The translations under genes and the position numbers were made by a program. From contig OZ242221.1 in assembly GCA_965206845.1 (NCBI GenBank), positions 1,536,001 to 1,600,000 of the forward strand: 64,000 nt of DNA, written 5' to 3'. Shown in pieces: positions 49,391 through 59,040 of the stretch; the first letter of the stretch is position 1, and each line of letters begins with the position of its first letter. This DNA comes from Cenarchaeum sp. (GTDB lineage: Archaea > Thermoproteota > Nitrososphaeria > Nitrososphaerales > Nitrosopumilaceae). The notes beneath the pieces are model-generated. The model saw only the letters and a list, made by a program, of their open reading frames with translations. It did not search any database and had not been told where the DNA came from.

Positions 49391-51595
49391 ATGATTCGGG
49401 ACCTTTACAGATACCTTGCAGCCATTGCAGTCTCCACGGCACTACTTTCTGTCCCTGCCCAGTCATTCCAGCAGGACTCCGTAGTCTCCACGCTGGTGAT
49501 CACGAGAGCCGGACTGGATGTCGGAGAGTCTTTCCTTCAGGACGGCGATGTGGAGAGCGCACGATATGCCGTGGAGTTTGCATCAAGTGTCTTTGCCTCC
49601 GGTCTGCAGGATCTCCGCAGCCACGATCCGGGACTGACAGATCAGATACACCTGGAGCTGCTGGATCTGCCCCTTGCCCTAGCGGGGGACACCGAGCCGG
49701 ACGCGGCTCAGTCTGTCAGCTCCTTGGTGTCCAAGATCGATGGGTACGACATCTCCAAGGACGACTCGGATTCCACCATCGTAGACCTGCTGACCGTGGC
49801 TGACGAGCAGTACGTGCTTGCGGACGACGGTAACGCGCCAGCCTACGAGATCGCAAAGATTCTGTTCCTGGAGTCAAAGCTCATGTTTGAGCATAACGCT
49901 GATCTTGAAGTGATGCTGGATCTGGAGCAGCAGTCCTTCTTTGACGATCTGGAACACTCTGTTGAAAACAGGGACAGCTTCCTGACAGTGGGAACCCTAG
50001 TCAGCGCCATTCAGCGTGACCTTCTTGAGACAGAGACCATCACACACGACCAAGCGGAGCTGTATGACAATATACGCAGTCTCTACGCGCAGCTGCTTGA
50101 GTCTGTCGAGTCCGGGGACTACGGGACGGCAGAGGAGCTGGCAATAGAGGCGTACCTGGATAACTTTGAATACCTTGAACCGACGCTTGAAAAGGCCGAT
50201 GCGGAGTTCATGTATGCCTTGGAGATCAACATGAGGGAGGATCTGAGGAGCATGATAAGGGACATGCAGGATCCCCAAGCAATCCGAGACTTTCTTGAGG
50301 AATCGATCCTTCCCGATCTGGACACCGGCCAGGCAAAGACCATGGCGTACTTGGAGAGCAGCGCGGATGGGACCGCCGCGGCCTTTCAAAGAGATCTCAG
50401 GGAGAGGGGCGACTCCACGGGGGAGCAGCAGGCGGAGGTAAGGGCGGAGATCGACTTTATCAGGGCCACTCTGCAGGAGCTGCTGGCGCACTACGAGGGC
50501 GGCGACTTTGACTCGGCGTATGCCGCCTCCCGGACGGCGTACCTGGACAGCTACGAGTACATCGAGATACCTCTGCGTCCCATCGATCCGGACTTTACGC
50601 TGGAGGTGGAGTACCAGTTTGCCGAGCTCCGCAACCTCATAAAGGGGCAGGCAGGCTATGCCGAGGTACAGGAGGTGGTTATCGCAATAGAGCGGAACCT
50701 TGACGAGTCGGAGCGCCTTGTCACCGGGAGCGGGCAGATTGCCCCGCTGATCGCATTCTTTGCGTCGTTTGCCATCATATTCAGGGAGGGACTGGAGTCT
50801 GTCCTGATCCTGGGGGCCATACTGACGTACCTTGAGGCATCAAGAAACACAAGGCTGAAGCCGTACGTCTACTACGGCATAGCTGCGGGCGTGGCGGCGA
50901 CCGGAGTCACGTGGGTAGTCGCGTCATACGTGATCGAGATCTCCGGCGCAAATCGGGAGCTGATCGAGGCGATCGCAGCCCTGTCTGCCACCGCAGTCCT
51001 GTTCTACGTCAGCTTTTGGATCCTGAACAAGATCGAGCATAAAAAATGGATGGAGTTTGTCAAGGCCAAGGTCTGGCAGGCGACCACGACCGGAAGCGCC
51101 ATGGTCTTTGTCATGCTGGCGTTCTTCACCATATATCGGGAGGGGTTTGAGACGGTGCTGTTCTACCAGGCAATGTTTGGCTTTGCCAAGTATCTGGAAA
51201 CCTTTGTGGGACTGGGCTTTGTCCTCGGCATGGCGTCCCTCCTGGCCATATACTTTGTGATGAGGAGGCTGGGCAGGAGGCTGCCCCTGCGGGCCCTGTT
51301 CGGGCTGACTATGGGCATAGGCGCGTACCTCTCCATTGCGTTTCTGGGCAATGCCGTGCGGGAACTGCAGGTGCTAGACATCGTCCCGTACACCAGCATG
51401 CTGGGCACGGTACCCAGGCTGGACATCAACCTGGCCGCCATGACCGGCATCTACCCCACGCTTGAGACGGTCGTCGCGCAGCTGGTTCTGCTGAGCGTCT
51501 ATCTGTCCGCCTCGACGTACGTACTGATCATGCGGCCCAGGAAGGCAAGACGGCTCGCACAGATGAGGAAGTCAAGGGCGAATGGCGCGGAGTAG
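49391..51595 (+). CDS. FTR1/OFeT-family iron permease with a large extracellular N-terminal region
   Basis: REGLE and REGFE motifs in a multi-TM C-terminal domain. Confidence 0.92.
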   Translation: MIRDLYRYLAAIAVSTALLSVPAQSFQQDSVVSTLVITRAGLDVGESFLQDGDVESARYAVEFASSVFASGLQDLRSHDPGLTDQIHLELLDLPLALAGDTEPDAAQSVSSLVSKIDGYDISKDDSDSTIVDLLTVADEQYVLADDGNAPAYEIAKILFLESKLMFEHNADLEVMLDLEQQSFFDDLEHSVENRDSFLTVGTLVSAIQRDLLETETITHDQAELYDNIRSLYAQLLESVESGDYGTAEELAIEAYLDNFEYLEPTLEKADAEFMYALEINMREDLRSMIRDMQDPQAIRDFLEESILPDLDTGQAKTMAYLESSADGTAAAFQRDLRERGDSTGEQQAEVRAEIDFIRATLQELLAHYEGGDFDSAYAASRTAYLDSYEYIEIPLRPIDPDFTLEVEYQFAELRNLIKGQAGYAEVQEVVIAIERNLDESERLVTGSGQIAPLIAFFASFAIIFREGLESVLILGAILTYLEASRNTRLKPYVYYGIAAGVAATGVTWVVASYVIEISGANRELIEAIAALSATAVLFYVSFWILNKIEHKKWMEFVKAKVWQATTTGSAMVFVMLAFFTIYREGFETVLFYQAMFGFAKYLETFVGLGFVLGMASLLAIYFVMRRLGRRLPLRALFGLTMGIGAYLSIAFLGNAVRELQVLDIVPYTSMLGTVPRLDINLAAMTGIYPTLETVVAQLVLLSVYLSASTYVLIMRPRKARRLAQMRKSRANGAE

Positions 51596-53699
51596 ACGCG
51601 TCCGGGTGGGAATAGACGTCGGCGGAACCTTCACCAAGGCCGTGGCGATAGATGCCAGAACCGGCTCGGTGATTGCAAAGTCCACGGTGCCGACGACGCA
51701 CGGCTCCGGGAGGGGCGTCTCGGACGGCATAGTCGGGGCCCTTCACAACATCCTTCAGGAGTCCGGCATCGGGCTTGGAGAGATTGAGATAATCTCGCAC
51801 AGCACCACCCAGGCGATCAACGCGCTGCTGGAGTCAGACATACACAAGGTGGGAATCATAGCAATGGGCGTCGGGCCGACAAGGAACGACGTGGTCAAGA
51901 GAACCCGCCTGGACAGCGGCAGGACGGACTCCGGGAAGGATCTGAAGACATGCCACACGTTTCTGGACACCTCGCACCTGATATCCGAAGACGAGGTAAA
52001 GGGCGCCGTGGAGGGGCTCCGCGGAGAGGGCGCGGAGGCCATCGTCGCGACAGAGGCGTTTGGCGTGGACGACCCGTCAAACGAGCTGTTCGCAATGAAC
52101 GTGGCCGCCAAGCTTGGCATGCCCTCAACTGCATCGCACGAGATCTCCGGGATCTACGGACTGGAGATCAGGACGCTGACCTCCGTGATAAATGCCAGCG
52201 TGCTGCCCAAGACGCTCCAGGTGGCGAACTTTGTGGAGGGGGCGATCCGCGGCATGGGCGTGACCTCGCCCCTGATGGTCATGAAGGGCGACGGCGGGGT
52301 TACCAGCATGGACACCTTTAGGACAAAGCCCATTCTGACCATACTCTCCGGCCCGGCAGCCAGCGTTGCGGGGGCCCTGCTGTACCTCAGGATCACAAAT
52401 GGGATCTTTATAGAGGTGGGCGGAACCAGCACGAACATCTGCGTCATCAGGGGGGGCAGGCCCGAGTTTCGCTACGTCACGATAAGGGATCACCCCACCT
52501 GCATCCGCTCCATGGACGTCCGGATAGTCGGCGTTGCGGGCGGGAGCATGGTTACGCTGAGCAAGAACAGGATCTCGACTGTCGGGCCGCGTAGCGCCCA
52601 CATTGCCGGGTTGGCGTACTCGTGCTTTGCCGAGCCGGACGATCTGGAGACCGGCAGGATTGTCATGATCAGGCCAAAACCGGGAGATGGGGAGTACGTG
52701 TCCATAAGGTGCGACGGGGGCACCTACGCCATCACAAACACCTGCGCCGCAAACGCGCTGGGAATGGTGGAAGAGGGGGACTACTCGTTCGCAAACAGGG
52801 AGTCGGCCAAGATCGCCATGAGGAAGCTGGGGGAGGTGCTTCACGTCTCATACTTTGAGGCCGCGCAGTCCATAATCCAGACCTCCTCGTTTGAGATTAC
52901 AAAGACCGTCACCAAGATTCTCAGGGACTTTAAAATGGACTCGACCACAGAGATCATCGGAGGCGGTGGGGGCGCGTCGGTCCTGGTGCCGTTTGTGGCC
53001 AAGCAGATGGGGGCGCCATACCGCAAGGCAGAGCATGCCGAGGTCATCTCGTCAATCGGCGTGGCCTCGTCCATGCTGCAGGAAGAGCAGGAGGTGTCGA
53101 TGGTTGATCCCACGCCTGAAAAGATCTCCCGCGAGCACAAAAAGGTTCATGCAGTACTGGTGGACAAGGGAGCGATCCCGGAGTCGGTGATGATCGACAG
53201 CAAGTTCTTTCCGGACAAGGCGATCCTTCGGATAACTGCGGTCGGAAACGTCGAGCTGGACGGCGACGCGGCCTCAAGGAGCGTCTTTACGCAGGACGAG
53301 GCAAGGCAGCGGGCCTCTGAGATCATCGGGACGGATCCTGACCTGGTCGATCTCGTCTTCAAGTCAAACCACTACTTTGTGTTTGACGGGCGTGTCACGG
53401 AGAGGCGCTTGCTTGGCAAAAGAGACAGGCACCGAATTGTGGCGCTTGACATGTTTGGCAGGCCAAAGATCTCGATAGGAAATGGGAAGATCTTCAGTGG
53501 GAACCGGGCATCCGTTGTCGGCGCCTTGGACAGGTTTTTTGACTCGAAGCATTTTGACATCATGCCGGGGGTCTACCTCATAAACAGCCTGAAGATGATG
53601 GACTTCTCTGGCCTCACATCCAGGTCCCACATCCTGACCGCTGTAAGCGGCGAGCTTGCAGAGGGCGAGGACGGGATGGTCGTAGTGGACATGTCATAG
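51582..53699 (+). CDS. Hydantoinase/oxoprolinase-A-family ATPase
   Basis: GIDVGGTFT, HSTT, ILSGPAAS, EVGGTSTN and VGPRSA. Confidence 0.88.
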   Translation: MARSRRVRVGIDVGGTFTKAVAIDARTGSVIAKSTVPTTHGSGRGVSDGIVGALHNILQESGIGLGEIEIISHSTTQAINALLESDIHKVGIIAMGVGPTRNDVVKRTRLDSGRTDSGKDLKTCHTFLDTSHLISEDEVKGAVEGLRGEGAEAIVATEAFGVDDPSNELFAMNVAAKLGMPSTASHEISGIYGLEIRTLTSVINASVLPKTLQVANFVEGAIRGMGVTSPLMVMKGDGGVTSMDTFRTKPILTILSGPAASVAGALLYLRITNGIFIEVGGTSTNICVIRGGRPEFRYVTIRDHPTCIRSMDVRIVGVAGGSMVTLSKNRISTVGPRSAHIAGLAYSCFAEPDDLETGRIVMIRPKPGDGEYVSIRCDGGTYAITNTCAANALGMVEEGDYSFANRESAKIAMRKLGEVLHVSYFEAAQSIIQTSSFEITKTVTKILRDFKMDSTTEIIGGGGGASVLVPFVAKQMGAPYRKAEHAEVISSIGVASSMLQEEQEVSMVDPTPEKISREHKKVHAVLVDKGAIPESVMIDSKFFPDKAILRITAVGNVELDGDAASRSVFTQDEARQRASEIIGTDPDLVDLVFKSNHYFVFDGRVTERRLLGKRDRHRIVALDMFGRPKISIGNGKIFSGNRASVVGALDRFFDSKHFDIMPGVYLINSLKMMDFSGLTSRSHILTAVSGELAEGEDGMVVVDMS

Positions 53700-53886
53700 C
53701 GGAGCCGCGATCCGGAACGCGCATGCCTCGGCCGGCGCGCCACTGCGACCCCTGATCATTCCCACGCCAGCGGCCCGTGGCTCTGGGACAGGCGCTCCCG
53801 CATCCGTGCTGCCCCGGTCGTCGTCCTGCGGCATACGAGCCCAGGTACGGTGGCTCTGTCAGCATGCGTGCCGTGGGTGCGCGCAG

Positions 53887-54390
53887 TCAGCCTTTGACCT
53901 CAAATGGCACCGCACAGTCCTCAAGGCAGACCTCGGTTCTTGTCTTGTCGCCGAGCAGGCGGATCACGCCGTCGTAATTGCACGAGCAGCCTGCCGGTGG
54001 CATCTCGTCCCCCCACACTTTGAAGAACTCTCTGAGCTTTCTGCTCTCATACCTGTCCTGTCCTACCCGCTTCTTTGCAAGAAACTTGAACGCCAGCACC
54101 ACGCGCCTCTTCTGGTATATGTCAAAGGTCTCGGTCCACCTTCTGCATCCCCATATCTGGTCTGCGGGAACATAAAGCGACTGCGATGCTCCGGACTTGG
54201 CCTCGATCACAAAGAGGGAGCTCTCGGCCGTGTTTACCGCAAGCACATCGGGCAGTGCCATGCTGGGCGAGCCCAGGCGGAAGGCGCTCCAGCCCGCGGC
54301 TCCCTTGAACCTCTTTACGATCGTATCCTCCCAGTTGTAGCCCCGTCTTCTCCTGGTGCGGGAGATCCTCTTGTTGTCCTTTGGCATCAT
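53887..54390 (-). CDS. Hjc-like PD-(D/E)XK resolvase/nuclease
   Basis: RGYNWE...LPDVLA...IEAKS. Confidence 0.8.
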   Translation of the reverse strand: MMPKDNKRISRTRRRRGYNWEDTIVKRFKGAAGWSAFRLGSPSMALPDVLAVNTAESSLFVIEAKSGASQSLYVPADQIWGCRRWTETFDIYQKRRVVLAFKFLAKKRVGQDRYESRKLREFFKVWGDEMPPAGCSCNYDGVIRLLGDKTRTEVCLEDCAVPFEVKG

Positions 54391-54652
54391 ACGCGACTGT
54401 TGGCGCACCTACATATTTTACAAGCGATGTGTGCGGATTGGCGTGGGCAGTGCGCGTTCAGATCCTGCCCCTGCCGGGCACCTGCGGAAGCCTGCTTGAG
54501 GCGCGGACGGACAGATGCCCAAAGCATGCTACGGGCATGGCGCCGGCCAGGCGCGGCAGCAGCTTGCAAAAAATGGTTTTGCTAGCTTGACGGAGGGGGT
54601 GTTTCTCTGCGTCAACCGTCAGTGGACGGATATGGATTGCGATTTCGAGGGA

Positions 54653-54985
54653 TCATGCATCGTCTTGTTCCTCTGCAACCACACCTGCAAAGAATCTGCA
54701 GCCGGAGCCATCTTCTTCCATCCTTTCAAGCCGGACTGCCTGGCCGACTGTGGGAGCCGCATCGGCATCAAGGGCGCACATCAGGCGGACTCCGCCCTCA
54801 AACTCTGCCACGCAAAGGTACCGGCTGCCGTCCTGCGCGTATTCCAGAATTCTGCCGCGGCCTGCCATGTCGCGCCGCACCGTCCTGTGCAGGCAATGGG
54901 GGCAATGCCTGACCGGGGGCCACATGGCGCGGCCGCATCCGGGACAGCCGGCCACCTGCAGTATGGCATCGTCCACGAACATCAC
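54653..54985 (-). CDS. DUF35 Zn-ribbon/OB-fold protein
   Basis: CPGCGRAMWPPVRHCPHC. Overlaps the thiolase stop. Confidence 0.85.
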   Translation of the reverse strand: MMFVDDAILQVAGCPGCGRAMWPPVRHCPHCLHRTVRRDMAGRGRILEYAQDGSRYLCVAEFEGGVRLMCALDADAAPTVGQAVRLERMEEDGSGCRFFAGVVAEEQDDA

Positions 54986-56082
54986 GCCTCCAGGATTATC
55001 ACCGACGACGACGTTGCGGCAGCGGACATGTTCTGGACCAAGCCGATCCTGGCCCCCGGCACCTGCCTCCTGCCGGCGCCTGCCTGCAGCTGGCAGAAGA
55101 TCTCCGCCGTCTGGGCAACGCCCGTGGCGCCCAGCGGGTGGCCGGAGCCGATGATGCCGCCCCGCGGGTTTATCATCCGATCCCCGGTGCCGTACATCTC
55201 CTCTGAGAGGTGCGCCCCCTTGCCGGCCTCTGCAATCCCCAGTGCCTCCAGAGCCATGGGCTCACACACCGCAAAGGCGTCGTGGACCTCGGCCACGTCC
55301 ACGTCAGACGGCCCTATGCCGGCAGACGCGTAGGCCGCTCTGGCCGATGCGGCGACGGTGGGCATCTCGCAAAAGCTGCCGCTCTTGACAAAGCTGGCAG
55401 AGTCTGTTTGCTGGCCGATGCCTGCCACCCCTACGGCATCCTGCGATCCCGGCAGCGTTCCGTCCGTGATCAGCACGGCTGACGCGCCGGTGCATGTGCG
55501 GGAGCACTCCAGCAGCCTCAGGTCGTCAGTAACCCTTCGGGACTCGAGAACCTCCAGGACCGTATAGGCGCGTCCCCGGCAGGCATGCGGGTTGTCCTGG
55601 GCATTCCTGTAGTTCTTGGCCGGGACCGCGGCCAGCACCTCTGGGGCGATGCCGAACCGTCTCCGGTAGGACGATGTGAGTATCGACCCCCAGAAGATTG
55701 GGCGCACAAACTCCCCCCGGGCGGTGTCCCAGTCCAGAACGCGGCCGGGGCCGGCAAGCCGGTCCCCGCCCACAACCAGTACGGATCTTGCGAGTCCGGA
55801 CATGACATACGATATGCCCGATATGATCGAGCTTGCGCCGGAGCTGCAGAGATTCTCCACCGTGTGCGATATCCTGGGCCGGATTCCACACATCTCTGCG
55901 AGTATGGCAGAGAGGTACCTTCCGCCATCGTTTGTGGATACCAGCACCGCGTCGACCTGATCCCTGGACACCGCGGGATTCCTCTCAAAGAGATCCCGGG
56001 CTGCCTCTGCCAGCACATCCTGAATCGGCGCGTCCTCTGTGACAAAGTCCGTGCCTCCGCAGGCGGCGATCGATGCCTTCAC
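54982..56082 (-). CDS. Thiolase (archaeal/SCP2-type acetyl-CoA acetyltransferase)
   Basis: ENLCSSG, EVHDAF and GHPLGATG. GTG start overlaps the LLM stop. Confidence 0.9.
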   Translation of the reverse strand: MKASIAACGGTDFVTEDAPIQDVLAEAARDLFERNPAVSRDQVDAVLVSTNDGGRYLSAILAEMCGIRPRISHTVENLCSSGASSIISGISYVMSGLARSVLVVGGDRLAGPGRVLDWDTARGEFVRPIFWGSILTSSYRRRFGIAPEVLAAVPAKNYRNAQDNPHACRGRAYTVLEVLESRRVTDDLRLLECSRTCTGASAVLITDGTLPGSQDAVGVAGIGQQTDSASFVKSGSFCEMPTVAASARAAYASAGIGPSDVDVAEVHDAFAVCEPMALEALGIAEAGKGAHLSEEMYGTGDRMINPRGGIIGSGHPLGATGVAQTAEIFCQLQAGAGRRQVPGARIGLVQNMSAAATSSSVIILEA

Positions 56083-57074
56083 CGCGGCTCCCCCAAAAAC
56101 GTCCTGGCCGCAAGCTCCATGGACTCGGGCACGTCGCCCACTGGGTTGAACTGGACTATGGGAAGATCGACTCCTGCATCTGCAAACGCCTGCATCTTTT
56201 TTGTGCACTCGTCGGGGGTTCCGCAGACCGTCAGGGAGTCAAGCATGCGGTCGGTGACCAGGCCGGCAATCCGGCCCAGTCCGGACCTCCTGTGCTCCTC
56301 CAGTATGCTCTCCGTCTCTTCCCGGAACCCGTTTGCCGCAAGGAACCTGCGGTATATGGAGCCTACCGCCACGTAGAACGCCAGTGTGGTCCTGGCGCGG
56401 CTCCTGGCCTTCTCCGGATCCAGAGACACCGCAGTTATCAGCTGGCAGCACACCCTGATCCTCCTTCTGGATTGCATCTTTGGGATGGTCCTCCTCATCT
56501 CGTCTATGGGCCGGAGGTACAGTATCGTCCCGTCTGCCTTCTCCCATGCCAGATCAACCATTCCCCGGTTTACTGCGGCCACGTATATTGGAATCCGCTC
56601 CCTGTGTGGAGGCACAAGCAGGCGAAAGCCCTTCAGCCGGAAGAGCCTGCCGTTGTGATCTATCTTCTGTCCCGAAGTGGCCATCCGGATGACATCGATG
56701 TACTCCCGCATCCGCTCAAGCGGGAGCTCAAAGGCTGCGCCGTGCAAGTCGCTCACTATGGGCGGGCTGCTGGTTCCAAGTCCCAGAATGAGCCTGCCTC
56801 CAGAGATCACATCAACGGTTGCCGCCCCCATGGCGACCAGGGACGGGCTCCTGGAGTATATGTTTATGATCGAGGAGCCGATCTGCGGGCCCGGCAGAAC
56901 CCGCGATACCGCTGCCAGCATGGCAAAGTTCTCCATGCCCCACGTCTCCGGAATCCATACAGAGTCAGGCCTGTACCGTGCAAGAATGCGCGAACACTCC
57001 AGCACCTGCTCTACTCTGAGCAGTGAGCCCAGGCTGTACCCTGTTTGTATGATCGATCTCTCCTGTTTTACCAA
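56079..57074 (-). CDS. LLM-class (luciferase-like, probably F420-dependent) oxidoreductase
   Basis: VWIPE, RSPSLVAM.AATVD.ISGGRLILGLG, ADG and GTPDEC. Confidence 0.9.
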   Translation of the reverse strand: MVKQERSIIQTGYSLGSLLRVEQVLECSRILARYRPDSVWIPETWGMENFAMLAAVSRVLPGPQIGSSIINIYSRSPSLVAMGAATVDVISGGRLILGLGTSSPPIVSDLHGAAFELPLERMREYIDVIRMATSGQKIDHNGRLFRLKGFRLLVPPHRERIPIYVAAVNRGMVDLAWEKADGTILYLRPIDEMRRTIPKMQSRRRIRVCCQLITAVSLDPEKARSRARTTLAFYVAVGSIYRRFLAANGFREETESILEEHRRSGLGRIAGLVTDRMLDSLTVCGTPDECTKKMQAFADAGVDLPIVQFNPVGDVPESMELAARTFLGEPR

Positions 57075-57270
57075 AGAGTAAAAGATCCTTGAGGTATATG
57101 ATTATTCCCAATGTGCTGCATTGAGAGCCATGGAGATCAATGCAGAGCAGTACGGCCCGGACGAGTTCTGGGGTCACGCAGCAAGGTACGCAGGCATGTC
57201 CCCTGAGGATCATCCCTTTGCCGAGGAGATCTCCTACATGATGGTTACGCTGTACAGAACAGGGGCCTGA

Positions 57271-57933
57271 TCACATCCGCATGCCCTTGGCGCACTCGTC
57301 CATGTCCTTGTGGGAGTCGATCGAGTGCCAGAACACGTCATGAAACCGCTCCAGAAAGAGCCTGCCGCTCCTGGCATACTCTGGAAAGACGGTCTTCTCG
57401 ATGTCCCCCCTGGCAGGCAGATCCTCCAGTATGTCTGCTGACAGGTGGTACACCCCGGCGTTCATCCAGATGCCGTCGATTACCTGCTTCTCAAGAAAGT
57501 CAGTCACCCGGGAGCCATCGGTGTCCAGCACGCCGAACTTTGTCCGCAGCTGGATGGCGGCTATGCAGTTGGCCCTCTTTTGCAGCCTCAGGATGTCGAT
57601 GTCCGTGATGACGTCGCCGTTGATTACGACAAACGAGTCACCGGTGATCATCGGGGCCGCCTTTCTTATGGCCCCGCCGGTGCCCAGCGGCTCCTCCTCT
57701 GCGGAGTACCTGATGCGGATATCGCAGTCGCCCTTGCCGCGAAGAAAGTTCTCTATCTGCCTGCTCCTGTACCCCGAGGATATGATCACGTCTGCGATGC
57801 CGGCCCCCTTGAGGTATGCCAGCTGCCACTCGATGATGGGCCGGTTGTTTATGGGAACCAGCGGCTTTGGCACCAGGTCGGTTATCGGCCTGAGGCGCGT
57901 TCCCCTGCCGCCTGCCAGGATGACTGCCTGCAT
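57271..57933 (-). CDS. Sugar-phosphate nucleotidyltransferase
   Basis: ILAGGRGTRLRPIT..PKPL, EPLGTGGA and NGD. Confidence 0.92.
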   Translation of the reverse strand: MQAVILAGGRGTRLRPITDLVPKPLVPINNRPIIEWQLAYLKGAGIADVIISSGYRSRQIENFLRGKGDCDIRIRYSAEEEPLGTGGAIRKAAPMITGDSFVVINGDVITDIDILRLQKRANCIAAIQLRTKFGVLDTDGSRVTDFLEKQVIDGIWMNAGVYHLSADILEDLPARGDIEKTVFPEYARSGRLFLERFHDVFWHSIDSHKDMDECAKGMRM

Positions 57934-57977
57934 GACATGGGTGCGCCCTGCATGGATTCAAACATATCGGATGTGCC

Positions 57978-58481
57978 CTATGTCAGATCAAGCGCTGCCA
58001 GCCCATAGTACCCGGCCAGAATGAGCGCCGTGCTCCAGACGCAGGAGCCAAGAAACGTGTACAGCAGAAACTTTGACAGCCTCATGCGCAGCAGGCCTGC
58101 GGGGATCGAGATCATCTCCCTTACGGCGGGCACCATCCTTCCGAGAAGGACCGCCTTGTCGCCGTGCCTCCCAAACCAGGCCTCTGCCCGGGCCAGCTTT
58201 GACTCGTCTATCCGGGCAAACCGGAGGTACCGCAGGAGCACGATCCTTCCCAGCTTCCAGGCGATCAAAAACAGGACCGTGGAGCCGATGGTGGCGCCAG
58301 CCCCGCCTGTTACCCCAAGCAGAATCACAGAGGCCGGATCCATGCCGGCCTGTGATGCCAGGTACCCCGCCAGGGGAAAGATCGCCAGGCTCGGAATCAG
58401 CGGAAATACGGTCTCGGCCAGGGACGTAAGAAAGACGCCTAGGAATATGTGCTCAGATATAAGATCGACAAACGACTGCAT
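57978..58481 (-). CDS. DedA-family membrane protein
   Basis: E..FPLIPS, WFGRHG, GRMVPAVR.MISIPAG. Confidence 0.9.
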   Translation of the reverse strand: MQSFVDLISEHIFLGVFLTSLAETVFPLIPSLAIFPLAGYLASQAGMDPASVILLGVTGGAGATIGSTVLFLIAWKLGRIVLLRYLRFARIDESKLARAEAWFGRHGDKAVLLGRMVPAVREMISIPAGLLRMRLSKFLLYTFLGSCVWSTALILAGYYGLAALDLT

Positions 58482-58575
58482 AAACTCGTCTGCGGCGCTC
58501 AAAATGGCTCTGTCCGGTTCGGTGTGGCGCCCATTACAGTCACGTATGCACTCTTCACGAACATGCACCTGCCGG

Positions 58576-58986
58576 CTAGGCTCTCTTTATCTTGACTGCG
58601 CCCAAGGCTACGATGAATATGCCCGCTGCCAGGATCGGAGCCGCCTCGGCCAGCAGATCCCGCTTGTCTTCCTGCGGCGCGTCCGTGCCAGACTCCATCG
58701 CGTCGGCATCCGGGCTGCCGGCTAGCACTACTGCCCCGCCTATGATGATCATTACTCCGGCAATCAGGATCATGGCTCCCAGCGGCCTTGATGGCTCGTT
58801 TCTGGAGATGAAGAACGCCACTATTGGAAGCACGATGGAGGCGCCGCCAAGGCCCAGTCCGCGGATCATGTGATCAAACGGCAGAAAGCCGTCGCCGCCT
58901 CCCTGGATTGCGACCACATCGGCACCATATATTGAGAGCAGGACTATCGAGATTCCCGCAAGAACCAGTGCTGCTGCCAGTGCCAT
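58576..58986 (-). CDS. Hypothetical 4-TM protein
   Basis: Four hydrophobic helices. Confidence 0.7.
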   Translation of the reverse strand: MALAAALVLAGISIVLLSIYGADVVAIQGGGDGFLPFDHMIRGLGLGGASIVLPIVAFFISRNEPSRPLGAMILIAGVMIIIGGAVVLAGSPDADAMESGTDAPQEDKRDLLAEAAPILAAGIFIVALGAVKIKRA

Positions 58987-59040
58987 GGTGTGTGGTGTTT
59001 TGCGTCCGGTTATAAATCGATTGAGCGGCCGGCCCGGGGA

